A DNA stretch of 64,000 nucleotides from an uncultured Methanomassiliicoccales archaeon (GCA_964396265.1 CAYNEM010000015.1:1182-65181); one strand, 5' to 3'; positions 18,305-28,462 are shown, counted from the first letter of the stretch. Notes: generated by a model from the letters alone, not told the origin. Numbers and translations are program-made.

Positions 18305-21147
18305 CGATCGACACGACGGTGCTTTCGGTCCTGTTCGCGTTCTTCGGCGCATTCTATTCGCTCCTTCTGGTCGCGATCATCTTGGCGCGACGTCGGCAAT
18401 CGTACGAGGAGCGGACGGACGACGGCTCCACCTTCAGCCTCCTGGTGCCCGCGAGGAACGAGGCGTCCGTGATCGAAGCGACCCTCGCTTCCCTCCTCGC
18501 GTTTGACTATCCCCCGGACCGATTCGAGGTGCTCGTCGTCGACGACGGGTCGACGGACGGGACGTCGGAAGCGGTGCGCCGCCTGGCCCGCCAGCATGCA
18601 GAGCGAGTGCACGTTCTTCGCGTGCCCGTCGACCTCGCGGGCCGCGGAAAGTCGGAGGCGCTGAACCTCGGCCTTCGCGCGCTCCTCCGGAGCTCACGGT
18701 TCCGCGACAGCCCGTCTTGGATCGTCGGCGTGTTCGACGCGGACGGGGTAGCGGACCGGGACCTGCTCCGGAAGGCGGCGTTCCAATTCCGGGATGAGTC
18801 GATTGGCGGGGTGCAGGCGTCCGTGCGCATCGCGAACCGGGGCCGCTCCCGTCTCGCACGAATGCAAGACCTCGAGTTCTCGGCCTTCTCACGCGTCACC
18901 CAGATGATCCGGTCCCAGTTGGTAGGCTCGGCGAGCCTCGGGGGCAACGGCCAGTTCGTCCGCGCGAAGGCCCTCCGGTCGCTGAGGGTCTCGGGTAAGC
19001 CCTCGCGATTCTGGCGACCGGGCGCGCTCACGGAGGACCTCGAACTGTCGACGCGCCTCGCGCTCGCGGGCTGGAAGATCCGCCACCTGGCGACCAGCTA
19101 CGTCCACCAAGAAGGCGTCGAGCGGTTCCGCGACCTGTTTCGTCAGCGCACGCGCTGGGCATGGGGTTCCTTACAGGTGTTCGTGGAGTACGTCCTCAAG
19201 CTGAAGATTGCTCGCGCGAAGGGCGTCCCGCTCCGGACCCGTCTCGATCTTGGCGTCACGCTCTCCCTGTTCATCCTTTCCCCGATGGTGCTCGTCGTCT
19301 GGCTCCTGACGATCCTCTCGTTCGCCGGGGTCCTCTCCGTGACGAACCAGCTCCCCGGGCTCCTGACGTTGGGGATATCGTTCGGGTTCTTCCCGGTGGT
19401 CGCGTGGGGGATGTGGCAGCAGCGCGAGTACCGGAGGTTGAGGCTGCCGCTCGACCTCCTCCTCTTCACCGCGTACACGTATCACTGGCTCCCGTGCCTC
19501 TACGTCGCGATCCTCCGCGTGATCGGAGGCGACGACTCGCGGTGGTTCAAGACTCGCCGGATTTCGGAGGGAGGCGGCGCGCTCCGGCCGCGTCTCGTCG
19601 ATCGCGTAGCGGCGTGGGCGAAGCCGCCCAATGTGGCGGGCCTCGCCGCGTTCCTCGTGCTCGCCGCGGTCGCGGGGTTCCTCCGCTGGCAACGTGGCGG
19701 CTATCTCGATCCGTTCGAAGATGCGTACCAGCACTGGTGGATCTCAGGATACACGCTGCAGACTGGACAGTACTACGACTCGTTCTCCGCCATGACGCAC
19801 GGAAACTGGTTGCCGCTGTATGACTTCGCGATCATGCCCCTCTTCTCCCTGTTCGGCGTCCACAACATGGGGGCACTCAAGGGGCTGAGCCTCGCGCTTT
19901 CCCTCGCGACGATGGCCATCGTCTTCCTCGTCGGCCTGCGGTCTCTCGGGAGGGGCGCGGCGTGGGCCGCGGCCGTGTTCTTCGCGTTCATGCCGTCCGG
20001 AATTCTCGGCGGCTCCATGGCGCTCCCGGAGGCGGCGACCGGCCTCGCCCTCATCGGTGCGTACTACCTCATGTTCCTCAGCCCCGCGCCGTCCACATCG
20101 CGGTACGGATTTGCCGCCGCAGCGCTGCTCATCGCGGTCGCCCTCCGCTACGAGGCCTGGCTGTTCACGGTCCTCCTCCTCGGATTCTACCTGGGGAGCA
20201 AGGCTCCGAAGATCGCGCGCGGCGACCTGCTGCTCGTCACGTCTCCCGCGCTCGTCTTCATGGGCGTCTGGCTCCTGTTCACCTCGCGGTGGGGGTTCCT
20301 CCCGAACATCGTGATCGCGCAGACCTCCGTGGACCTCCAGTACAAGGCCTCGATCGGCGCGCTCCCCGCGATCTCCGAGATCCTGGGGGATTTCTGGCGG
20401 GACTACGCGTCGCTGTCCCTCGTCCCGGTGTTCCTTGGGACCGCCTACGCGATCCGCTCGATCCGGCGGGAGTTCCTCGCCTTCGTGCTCCTCGCGTTCT
20501 ATGCCGCCGAAGTCGGTTGGACGGGACTCGGCTACGGGACCCCGAGCGTCCGCTATCTGTACGTGACGCTGCCCGGCCTCACGGTTCTCGCCGGGATGGC
20601 CGTGGCGTCCGTCTGGCGGTACGCCAGATCCCTCGCGAAGGCCCCGGGCATTTCCTCGCGACGCGTGCACCGCGGTGCGGCCGTGGCCGTCGCGGTCCTC
20701 CTCGTGGCGGTGGTCGGGATCTCGTCCGTCCACGACGGACTGGCGACCGCTTTCCCGTCCGACAATCCTGGATTCATGATGGGCGGCCGCGAGCGGGCGG
20801 GGCTCTTCCTCCGAGACCTTGCGCTGCCCACCGGAAAGCTCCTCCTCTCGGAGTCGCCGATCGCCGCCTATCTCAGCGGCCAGCCTCCGGGACGGATCAT
20901 CGGCTCGAGCCTGTTGCCGGACAACGCGACGGCGGCGGCAGAATACCTCCAGGAGAACGTCGCGTATCTCGTGCTCGTGACCGTGCCCTGGTACAAGCTC
21001 CGCCGGCTGTTCCCGGAACTCGCGGACGGCGCGAATACGCCGGAATTCCGCCTCCTGTTCGATGCGACAGGGCCCGAGTACGTGGCTGGCGGCCATCGGG
21101 TCCTCGTGTACGAGGTGCTGCCGCGGAGCGGAGGGATCGGGCCGTGA
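18301..21147 (+). CDS. Fusion of a processive GT2 glycosyltransferase and a multi-TM GT-C/PMT-like domain
   Basis: VPARNE, VDDGSTD, GKSEALN, FDAD, LTED, QRTRW. Then many TM helices with an acidic first loop (DPFEDAYQH), WLPLY and RYEAW. Real start is ATG 18301. Confidence 0.88.
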   Translation: MTIDTTVLSVLFAFFGAFYSLLLVAIILARRRQSYEERTDDGSTFSLLVPARNEASVIEATLASLLAFDYPPDRFEVLVVDDGSTDGTSEAVRRLARQHAERVHVLRVPVDLAGRGKSEALNLGLRALLRSSRFRDSPSWIVGVFDADGVADRDLLRKAAFQFRDESIGGVQASVRIANRGRSRLARMQDLEFSAFSRVTQMIRSQLVGSASLGGNGQFVRAKALRSLRVSGKPSRFWRPGALTEDLELSTRLALAGWKIRHLATSYVHQEGVERFRDLFRQRTRWAWGSLQVFVEYVLKLKIARAKGVPLRTRLDLGVTLSLFILSPMVLVVWLLTILSFAGVLSVTNQLPGLLTLGISFGFFPVVAWGMWQQREYRRLRLPLDLLLFTAYTYHWLPCLYVAILRVIGGDDSRWFKTRRISEGGGALRPRLVDRVAAWAKPPNVAGLAAFLVLAAVAGFLRWQRGGYLDPFEDAYQHWWISGYTLQTGQYYDSFSAMTHGNWLPLYDFAIMPLFSLFGVHNMGALKGLSLALSLATMAIVFLVGLRSLGRGAAWAAAVFFAFMPSGILGGSMALPEAATGLALIGAYYLMFLSPAPSTSRYGFAAAALLIAVALRYEAWLFTVLLLGFYLGSKAPKIARGDLLLVTSPALVFMGVWLLFTSRWGFLPNIVIAQTSVDLQYKASIGALPAISEILGDFWRDYASLSLVPVFLGTAYAIRSIRREFLAFVLLAFYAAEVGWTGLGYGTPSVRYLYVTLPGLTVLAGMAVASVWRYARSLAKAPGISSRRVHRGAAVAVAVLLVAVVGISSVHDGLATAFPSDNPGFMMGGRERAGLFLRDLALPTGKLLLSESPIAAYLSGQPPGRIIGSSLLPDNATAAAEYLQENVAYLVLVTVPWYKLRRLFPELADGANTPEFRLLFDATGPEYVAGGHRVLVYEVLPRSGGIGP

Positions 21148-22001
21148 TGCGTCGCGGGCCCCTTCCCACATTCGCTCCTGGCCCGGATTATTACCCGTAC
21201 GTCGCACGCGGTTACGATCTCGTGGGAAGCCACTACGACGAGATCGAGGGTCGGAATGCGATCAGCGAGAGGGTCCGCAAGGAGTCCATGAGGGCGGCCC
21301 TTCTCGCCTTCCGACCAGGGGATCGCGTGCTGGAGCTCGGGTGCGGGACGGGCCGGGATGCCGTCATGCTGGCGGCCCATGGGATTCACGTGGTCGCCAC
21401 CGACGTCTCCCCGGCGATGATCGCCATCACCCGGGAGCGGGCCAAACGGGAGGGTGTCGCTGACCTCGTGGAAGCGGCGGCTATGTCCGCAGCGGCGGCG
21501 GCGAGCTTGGAAGGACCGTTCGACGGCGTCTACTCTAACGGTGCGGTCTTCAACCTGGAGCCCGACATGGAGCGCGTCTCACTGGGGCTCGCCCGTTCCC
21601 TGCGTCCGGATGGACGCGCCATTGTGACCGCGGCGAATCGCGCCTCGCTTTTCGAACTCCTGTTCTACCCGTTCGTTCTTCGCCCGCGAAAGGCCTTCCG
21701 AAAGTTGGGAGATACGGTGCCAATCCCGATCTCCCGTGGCGGTCCAGGCAAGAGGTACGTCGTTCCCACTCGGTTCCTGTCCCCGAGCCAGTTCCTTGCC
21801 CATTTCGCGAGCGCGTTCGTCGTTGAGGACTGGAAGGGCCTCCAGATCCTGACGCCGCCGTGGAACCTGGTCGACATGGCGGTTCTGTTTCGTGGGGCTG
21901 TGGCTCCGATGGAGGCAGTGGAAGATCTCGTCGGTCGTTGGTGGGGCCTCCGGAGCATGGGGGCGATCTACCTCATCGTCCTTCGGCGGAAGGGATCGTG
22001 A
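21147..22001 (+). CDS. Class I SAM-dependent methyltransferase
   Basis: VLELGCGTG, TDVSPAMI, FDGVYSN; TGATG overlap with the upstream gene. Confidence 0.9.
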   Translation: MRRGPLPTFAPGPDYYPYVARGYDLVGSHYDEIEGRNAISERVRKESMRAALLAFRPGDRVLELGCGTGRDAVMLAAHGIHVVATDVSPAMIAITRERAKREGVADLVEAAAMSAAAAASLEGPFDGVYSNGAVFNLEPDMERVSLGLARSLRPDGRAIVTAANRASLFELLFYPFVLRPRKAFRKLGDTVPIPISRGGPGKRYVVPTRFLSPSQFLAHFASAFVVEDWKGLQILTPPWNLVDMAVLFRGAVAPMEAVEDLVGRWWGLRSMGAIYLIVLRRKGS

Positions 22002-22829
22002 GTGAGGCTCGAGCAACCCGAGACGGAGGTCGTGACCGCGGCCCAGGCGTACGACGCGTATGCGCCCCGTTACGACGGAATCCTGAACGAGAACCGGATC
22101 AATGCCTACTTGCGAAGGGAAACGAGCGGCGCGCTGCGGTCCCTCTTCAGCCCCGAGTCCCATCTCCTGGAGCTGGGCTGTGGCACCGGCGACGAGGCGT
22201 TCGCGCTCGCCGATGAGGGATGCGAGATCGTAGCCCTCGACCCGTCGGCCGAAATGATCACGATCGCCCGATCGAAGGCCGCAAAACATCGACGGGGGAA
22301 CCGCGTGACGTTCCTCCTCGGGACGGCCCGCGACGTCCCCAGGGTCCTCGAGGACGCCCCCGCAGCCTCCTTCGACGGAGCTTACTCCAGCTTCGCGCTC
22401 TCCTATGACGACGATCTTCGTCCGCTTGGCTCCATGCTCGCACGGCTCGTTCGGCCGGGAGGGCTCCTGGTTGTTGCCGCGATGAACCGCCTCTGTTTGT
22501 CGGAATCGTTGCTATCGATGATGCTTCTCAGACCCCGACTCGCCGGCCGTCGACTCGGATCTCGGACGATGCACAAGGTCGGTCAGGTGCGCACGGTCGT
22601 ATACCCCCGAACACCCCTAGGACTGTCTCACGCGTTCCGACCGGCATTCGCGGTCGAACAGCTACGGGCGCTCTGCGCAGTCCTCCCGCCGCACTACGCG
22701 AATCGCCCCTTGCAACGATGGCCTGCCTTGCTCGACATCCTGGAGCGCGTGGACAACGCGGCAGGCCGTCGTCCTGTGTTCCGTATGCTCGGGGATCACG
22801 CGTTGGTGGTCATGCGCCGCGTTGCATAG
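22002..22829 (+). CDS. Class I SAM-dependent methyltransferase (paralog of the previous gene)
   Basis: LLELGCGTG, LDPSAEMI, FDGAYSS, LVRPGG. Confidence 0.9.
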   Translation: MRLEQPETEVVTAAQAYDAYAPRYDGILNENRINAYLRRETSGALRSLFSPESHLLELGCGTGDEAFALADEGCEIVALDPSAEMITIARSKAAKHRRGNRVTFLLGTARDVPRVLEDAPAASFDGAYSSFALSYDDDLRPLGSMLARLVRPGGLLVVAAMNRLCLSESLLSMMLLRPRLAGRRLGSRTMHKVGQVRTVVYPRTPLGLSHAFRPAFAVEQLRALCAVLPPHYANRPLQRWPALLDILERVDNAAGRRPVFRMLGDHALVVMRRVA

Positions 22830-23520
22830 CTTCGAGGCTCGCGAAGAGACCGCGGATGGAACGACGGAGTCGCCCTCGCCGCAAGTGTCCGATCAACGCC
22901 CCCATTTCCGCTACCGCGTCTTGGATCCACCCGCTCTTGTTTCCAATGCGGAAGAATGGAGAGATTTCGAAGCGGGAACTCAAATCGGCGTACTCGAGAC
23001 CGTAGCGGAGATTGCGTCCCAACGGCGAAGGCTTGAGTCGGACGAAGGGGCCACGCAGGTTCTCGACCCTGCCTCCGGCGGCCTCGACCCGCAAGTAGTA
23101 CTCGAGTGTCCAGAGGTAGAGATTGGAAAACGGGCCGAAACGACGGAGCGTCGAACCCGTGAGGAGCATGAGTCCACCGTGCCAGGACACGACATCCGCC
23201 CCGGTCCGAACATGGGCTTCGACGAGGCGTTGCGTGTAGTCGCGGGGGACGAGCGTGTTGCCATCAAAGAGGACGAACCGTTCGTTGGACGCCTGAAGGC
23301 AACCGGCCTGAACCGCCTCGGCCGTGTTGCCGACATCGACGCGAAGCATCTTCTGAGAGCGGCCCCGACCGATCAGCTCCGAGCCGTCGTCGCAACGGTC
23401 GAACACCAATATTAGTTCGTCGATAGGCAGGATGAGACGGTCGATGGAGTCCAATACTCTCTCAAGGACCGACGCCTCATCATGGATTGGCACGATACCG
23501 CTTAGCTTCTTGGCTTGCAT
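22810..23520 (-). CDS. Divergent GT2-family glycosyltransferase
   Basis: IVPIHDE, LVFDRCDDGS and LFDGN (degenerate DxD); lower GC. Confidence 0.7.
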   Translation of the reverse strand: MQAKKLSGIVPIHDEASVLERVLDSIDRLILPIDELILVFDRCDDGSELIGRGRSQKMLRVDVGNTAEAVQAGCLQASNERFVLFDGNTLVPRDYTQRLVEAHVRTGADVVSWHGGLMLLTGSTLRRFGPFSNLYLWTLEYYLRVEAAGGRVENLRGPFVRLKPSPLGRNLRYGLEYADLSSRFEISPFFRIGNKSGWIQDAVAEMGALIGHLRRGRLRRSIRGLFASLEAMQRGA

Positions 23521-23872
23521 TACGTTGTCGAGGGTGATTCGCCTAGGGCAGGTTAGAGCTTTGGATTCCGAATTCGACTAGCGTCACAAGTCGATGAATA
23601 CAGAAAAACAGCCCCGCTTCGAGCCAGCGCATTGAGTGGGGGGCGCCGTGGGACCCTTCGGAGCACCGCGGGATTCAGGGAATTGTCGGACCTACGGCAG
23701 TTGGGGACCTCGAGCGCCCGGTGTTGGTCCGGACGGTGGTAGTTGTATGTCGTTGGCAACCCTCGGAACGAAAGTGACGAACTGGATCGGAGGGCTCGTG
23801 GACGCAGCCCGATTGACGGCATGATCCAGCCGAGGATGTCGTGAGGGCCGTCCAGAGGCTAACGAGCCAGAG

Positions 23873-24237
23873 GTGCGCCTTCAGGATCTCGTGCATCCGG
23901 TTATGGGGCACGCGGACGCGGTCCCTTTCCATCTGGAGCTCTGGCCCAGGCGGCCATCCCGTACCCCTTGGCGGTCTCGGAGGACGAGGTCCACCTCCTC
24001 CGCGAACGTCGGCTTGGGTCTCTTGCCTGGCCTTCGGGGATCGGGAGCTCCCCGTATCCCGGTTCCGGCGGTACAGCTCGTTGGCCCACCGGCGGTCGAC
24101 CTCCTGCGCCCACGGGATCCTCGAGTCGAGCGTCCACTTCTCCATCTCTCGGATGGTCCATCGGACCTTTCCCTCGTCGGTCTTCGTCACGCCGCTCGCA
24201 TGCACGAGAGGGATAGTAACTGAATTCGGGATAGACT
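23873..24237 (-). mobile_element. Degenerate IS481-like (archaeal ISA0963-type) element: left end plus N-terminal transposase fragment
   Basis: Reading across frameshifts: KTDEGKVRWTIREMEK...RRWANELYRR..TGELPI..RPGKRPKP..EEVDLVL..ETAKGYGM..RVPHNRMHEILKAH. Terminal-like GTCTATCCCGAATTCAGTTAC at 24216-24236. Confidence 0.7.
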
Positions 24238-24338
24238 AAATCTCCAAAATGTTCAGAAAAGACTAAGTATCAAAATGCTGCTACGACGCCTTCTCCGGGC
24301 TGACCTGTAATCGCTGGTCTCTCAGGGGGGGAGCGATC

Positions 24339-24611
24339 GTGCCAGGAAGACGATCTGAGCTCGAAATTGCTGTGGCGATCCTGAGGGCAATCAAAGAAGA
24401 AGCGAGCGACGCCGGGAACGAAGCGAGGAGCAGTAGGGTGCAAGCCCGCGTATATCTGAGTTGGAACGTCTTCAATCGGCACATCTCGAAGCTCAGAGGA
24501 CGTGGTCTGATCGGCGGCTCCAGTTTGATCCTGACAGACCCGGGGAAACGTTTACTGCGTCGATACGGAATGGAGGTGCGAAGCTTCTTGGAAGATTTCG
24601 GGTTTCTGTAG
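24339..24611 (+). CDS. Small archaeal winged-helix (HTH_45-like) regulator
   Basis: RRSELEIAVAIL..VYLSW..L..RGLI...LTDPGKRLL; G-rich SD upstream. Confidence 0.8.
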   Translation: MPGRRSELEIAVAILRAIKEEASDAGNEARSSRVQARVYLSWNVFNRHISKLRGRGLIGGSSLILTDPGKRLLRRYGMEVRSFLEDFGFL

Positions 24612-24713
24612 TTCGGTTCGCCAATCCATGCCAACGGTTCGGACCTCCGGTCCCGTCCTCCAATCCGAAAAGTTGTTGGCGGTGAATTATCATCCTCGGG
24701 CAGGGGTAGGGTC

Positions 24714-25283
24714 ATGAAGGCACCAAGTCACTCGGAAGGACAGACCACGGTTGGAACGAGAGATCGCAAACCGGTCGGTAGACCGGCTTCGAAAGCTCTG
24801 GTTTTTTGCGCTGCAATCGCGATCGTTCTAGTCGTACTCGGAGCCAATCCGCGGGCCGAGTCAGGGGGCTTGGACTCCGCAGTGCCAGGTACTGAGGTCC
24901 TCCAGATTGATGCTTCCGTTGGAGGGCACACGCCGGAGGGCCACTGGCTCATGGCAGTAGAACCCGTCACCCGGACATTGAACTTGACTGTGCGTATCAT
25001 CTCGAGCGCTGGCGTCGCCGGAGCATTCCTTCGATTCCAAGAAGTAGGAGCCCTTGAAGGCACGTATCGGGCCGTCGACCTCTATCGTTTTCACGGTGAC
25101 GACCTTGACGGATACTACTTGGGGCTTGCTCCTGCCCAAAGTGAACCTGGGTTCGTTTATTACTATTTTGAAGCATACTCGGTCGTGGGAGGTCACACTC
25201 TGGCCCCGAATGGAGGAGTGAGATACGTAATGAGAATCGTGCCATGGGGTGAAATGTTCGATCCTATGGAGGGATATCCGTGA
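24714..25283 (+). CDS. Secreted/membrane hypothetical protein
   Basis: Hydrophobic N-region; IP-like APAQSEPGFVYYYFEA segment typical of small beta-sandwich surface domains; low GC. Confidence 0.65.
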   Translation: MKAPSHSEGQTTVGTRDRKPVGRPASKALVFCAAIAIVLVVLGANPRAESGGLDSAVPGTEVLQIDASVGGHTPEGHWLMAVEPVTRTLNLTVRIISSAGVAGAFLRFQEVGALEGTYRAVDLYRFHGDDLDGYYLGLAPAQSEPGFVYYYFEAYSVVGGHTLAPNGGVRYVMRIVPWGEMFDPMEGYP

Positions 25284-25924
25284 GGGTCCCGGTCCCATTG
25301 CTCGTAATCCTAGTTCTGGCCACAACCACGACAGGCGTGTTGCCTTTCTCACTCACTCAGCCTGTCCAGGGTCATCATGGTTGGCATGTGGTCCCTTTGA
25401 TCTACACGAGGGTAGGCGGAACAACCTGGGGCAGCAGCTCAATCGTCTGGGACGGGAGCAAGTATGTAGCGGACGTCTATTGCCCCCCCGTGGTTCCCTC
25501 GGGCACTGCATATCGCTGGGCGCAAGCGGAAACCAGATGGTACGAATCTTGGCTGGGCGTTTCTGGTTACGTCACGAATGATCCGTTAAGCTTTGACACG
25601 TTTAACCTCGACATGGCGTTATCAGGGACCGGGAACAACATGTACGAGGCGCAACTCATCGTCGACCACGCCGACAGTTCGATGCTCCTTATAGGGTCCG
25701 GAATCACGAATGCCATTGAAGCGTACAATCTGCACGGCACCTGGGCGCATATCCATGGAGACGCTTACGTCCCCGAAACAGGGACTCAGTCATTCGTCTT
25801 TGGCGACTTCTACAGGGCACGGACCGTCGCGCAGTGTTCTTCGTACTCTTCGCCGTCGGGTGCGGGCAGCACCGACGCGCCGCAGAATTATCTCGGGGCG
25901 AATGTATGGGTTTGGGCTACGTAG
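25280..25924 (+). CDS. Secreted hypothetical protein
   Basis: Signal peptide MRVPVPLLVILVLA; GTGA overlap with the previous gene; aromatic beta-rich body. Confidence 0.65.
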   Translation: MRVPVPLLVILVLATTTTGVLPFSLTQPVQGHHGWHVVPLIYTRVGGTTWGSSSIVWDGSKYVADVYCPPVVPSGTAYRWAQAETRWYESWLGVSGYVTNDPLSFDTFNLDMALSGTGNNMYEAQLIVDHADSSMLLIGSGITNAIEAYNLHGTWAHIHGDAYVPETGTQSFVFGDFYRARTVAQCSSYSSPSGAGSTDAPQNYLGANVWVWAT

Positions 25925-25973
25925 GTTGGATGAAGTCCCACCGCACGAAATTTCTGGATGGTTAGATCAGACA

Positions 25974-26000
25974 CCGTGGCAAACCCGAGCTCTGCCACGG
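25974..26000. terminator. Stem-loop between convergent genes
   Basis: CCGTGGCA-11 nt-TGCCACGG perfect 8-bp inverted repeat. Confidence 0.45.
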
Positions 26001-26005
26001 CTTAA

Positions 26006-26326
26006 TCACCCGTGCGCGAACTCCACGCCCAAGCCGCCGCGCGGGTAGTTCCATCGGATCGCGCCGCTCCCGAGCTTGTGGCACACGATCGTGCAGGCGC
26101 CGAGCTCGATGCAACCCTCGATGTTGTACACCATCTGCCCGTTCTCCCAGCGATACACCTGCGCGGGGCACACATAGAGGCACGGCTTCAACGCACACGA
26201 CTTGCACGTGTCCGTCTCGACGACGATGAAAGGCTCCTCGTCCCGCTCGAACTTGTCCAACGCGAGGCGGTCGTCCGCGGTCAACGCCTTCTCGACGGGC
26301 GGGTGCTCCTTGGCGGGAGAGGGCAC
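26006..26326 (-). CDS. fixX: FixX-type ferredoxin
   Basis: CKSCALKPCLYVCPA, CIELGACTIVC, WNYPRGGLGV. Confidence 0.88.
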   Translation of the reverse strand: MPSPAKEHPPVEKALTADDRLALDKFERDEEPFIVVETDTCKSCALKPCLYVCPAQVYRWENGQMVYNIEGCIELGACTIVCHKLGSGAIRWNYPRGGLGVEFAHG

Positions 26327-26423
26327 ACGCCGATGATTCGTCCTCGCCTATAAGAGTCCTCGTCGAGAGGCAGCGCCCGGGTCAAACACTTATACACGCG
26401 TCGGTCTAACGGCGCGCGTATCC

Positions 26424-27713
26424 ATGGAGAAGTTCGACGCGATCGTCGTCGGCGCGGGCCCCGCGGGGAGCGCCGCCGCGTACGGACTCGCGAAGGCCGG
26501 CGTCAAGACCCTCCTCATCGAACGCGGCAAGGCGCCGGGCCACAAAACGATGTTTGGCGGCCGCATCTACGCGCACCCGTTGCACAAGCTCCTGCCGGAC
26601 TTCGAGAAGGACTGCCCGATCGAGCGGTTCGTCACGCGGGAGAACATGTCCTTCCTCGCGGAGGAGACCGCGCTCAACCTCCAGTTCGATTCCCCGAAGC
26701 TCGCGTCCGGCGCGTCGGCTTCCTTCACCGCCAACCGCGCGAAGTTCGACGCGTGGCTCGCGAAGAAGGCGGAGGATGCGGGGGCCATGCTCATCACGGG
26801 GATCCGTGTGGACGGCCTCCACCGCGAAGGGGGCAAGGTCGCCGGCGTGGTCGCGAACCACGACACGGTCAAGGCGGACGTCGTCGTCGCGGCGGACGGT
26901 GCGATGTCCCAAATCGCGCGGGGTGCGGGCCTCCTAGGCGAGCCGGAACCCAAGGAGTTCTCCGTCGGTGTCAAGGAGACGATTGAGCTCCCGCAGAAGA
27001 CCCTCGAGGAACGGTTCAACCTCGACGAGCGGGAGGGCGCCGCGTACGTCTTCGCGGGCTACGCGAGCAACTGGCTCCGCGGTGGCGGCTTCCTATATAC
27101 GAACAAGACTACGCTTTCCCTCGGCCTCGTCGTATCCTCCGAGGACCTCTCCGTGACGAAGACGGAGATCGGCGCGATCCAGGACCGGTTCCGCAAGCAC
27201 CCCACGATCGCGCGCCTCACGAAGGGCGGCAAGGTCCTCGAGTGGTCCGCGCACCTTGTGCCCGAGCTCGGGACCCGCATGGTGCCGAAGCCGTACTCGG
27301 ACGGATTAATCGTCGCGGGGGATGCGGCCGGATTCCTCCTGAACACGGGATACACATTCCGCGGGGTCGACCTTGCGATCGCGAGCGGGATGGCGGCATC
27401 GGAAGCGATCCTGAGCGCGCGGAAGTCTGGCGGCTATGGCGCGTCCTCGCTGGCGGTGTACGAGACACTACTGCGCAAGCACCAGGTGACGACAGACCTC
27501 GAGACCTTCGCGCGGGCGCCGTTCTACCTGAAGAACCCGAGGCTGTTCAACCTCTATCCGCGGCTCCTCAACGAAATCGCGGCGCGGGTGTACTCGATCG
27601 ACGGCAAGGGACAGCGCCGGCTCATGGACATCGCACTTGAGGAGGCGAAGGCCGGGAAGATCTCCGCGGTGAAGATGCTCCTCGACCTGCTCGGCGGCGC
27701 GCGGGCGATGTGA
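26424..27713 (+). CDS. fixC: ETF-quinone oxidoreductase / FixC-family flavoprotein
   Basis: VVGAGPAG, ERGKAPG, R.KFDAWL, GVKE, GDAAG, RGVDLAIASG. Confidence 0.92.
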   Translation: MEKFDAIVVGAGPAGSAAAYGLAKAGVKTLLIERGKAPGHKTMFGGRIYAHPLHKLLPDFEKDCPIERFVTRENMSFLAEETALNLQFDSPKLASGASASFTANRAKFDAWLAKKAEDAGAMLITGIRVDGLHREGGKVAGVVANHDTVKADVVVAADGAMSQIARGAGLLGEPEPKEFSVGVKETIELPQKTLEERFNLDEREGAAYVFAGYASNWLRGGGFLYTNKTTLSLGLVVSSEDLSVTKTEIGAIQDRFRKHPTIARLTKGGKVLEWSAHLVPELGTRMVPKPYSDGLIVAGDAAGFLLNTGYTFRGVDLAIASGMAASEAILSARKSGGYGASSLAVYETLLRKHQVTTDLETFARAPFYLKNPRLFNLYPRLLNEIAARVYSIDGKGQRRLMDIALEEAKAGKISAVKMLLDLLGGARAM

Positions 27714-27836
27714 TTCCATGGAGCGTGCTCGGCGCCGCCAGCTCGCGGTCATGAGTAACACCGGCTAGGGCAGGGAGACCGTGGTCGCATTGGGCCGTGC
27801 GGCCGCTGCGTGACCACGATCGCGATGGGGGACGAC

Positions 27837-28295
27837 TCAACTCGGCGGGGCCATTACCTTGAGCCCATAGTCCTTCGCGATCGCTGCGAGCCATTCCAGG
27901 TCGGGCGGGCCTGCCGGCTTTGGCGGGAGCGTCCGCGTCTTCGCGGGGTCGCCGACCTTCCTGAAGAACGCGGCAATGTTCCCCCCGCTGTAGACGAGGA
28001 GAAGTTTCGCTGGCTGGTCCGTAGCGTTCTCGAACCACTCCGTAGTGCCCTTGGGGAAGAAGAGGACCGATCCGGCACCAGCATCCTCGGCACGGTCCGC
28101 GAAATGAAAGCGGAGCCTGCCCTCCAGGACATAAGCCACCTCATCGCAGTCATGGATGTGGGGCGGAGCGCCCAGCATAGGCCCTGGCGGTACGGTGACT
28201 TGCACCACGGTCGGCCCACCCGTCGCCCCCCCGTCGACTTTGATCTCGTACAGCTCGCCCAGAAACCATAGTGCGGTTCCTTCTGCTTTCTTCAC
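27837..28295 (-). CDS. Cupin-domain protein
   Basis: PPHIHDCDEVAYVLEG; second motif FFPKGTTEWF lacks the usual His. Confidence 0.85.
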   Translation of the reverse strand: MKKAEGTALWFLGELYEIKVDGGATGGPTVVQVTVPPGPMLGAPPHIHDCDEVAYVLEGRLRFHFADRAEDAGAGSVLFFPKGTTEWFENATDQPAKLLLVYSGGNIAAFFRKVGDPAKTRTLPPKPAGPPDLEWLAAIAKDYGLKVMAPPS

Positions 28296-28462
28296 GTGTA
28301 CACTGCCCTTGGATGACGTGGTGATTCCCCCGGCGGGGAAAATGCGACGTTATATATTTCTTTGCGCACTCGCAGGACACCTGACGTTCGGCGGTGCGTC
28401 TTCCTAGACCTGCGATACGCATCCCGAAAACTACATAGCGTGTTGCCTTTTCGCTCGCTCGG

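Noticed and set aside
23521..23745. Non-coding gap examined for tRNA or an integration site
   Set aside because: No cloverleaf or T-loop/CCA pattern recognised; no tRNA or rRNA seen anywhere in the window.
28320..28420. Short hairpins between the cupin and etfB genes
   Set aside because: Stems of 6-7 bp are expected by chance in GC-rich DNA; no riboswitch or ncRNA motif recognised.
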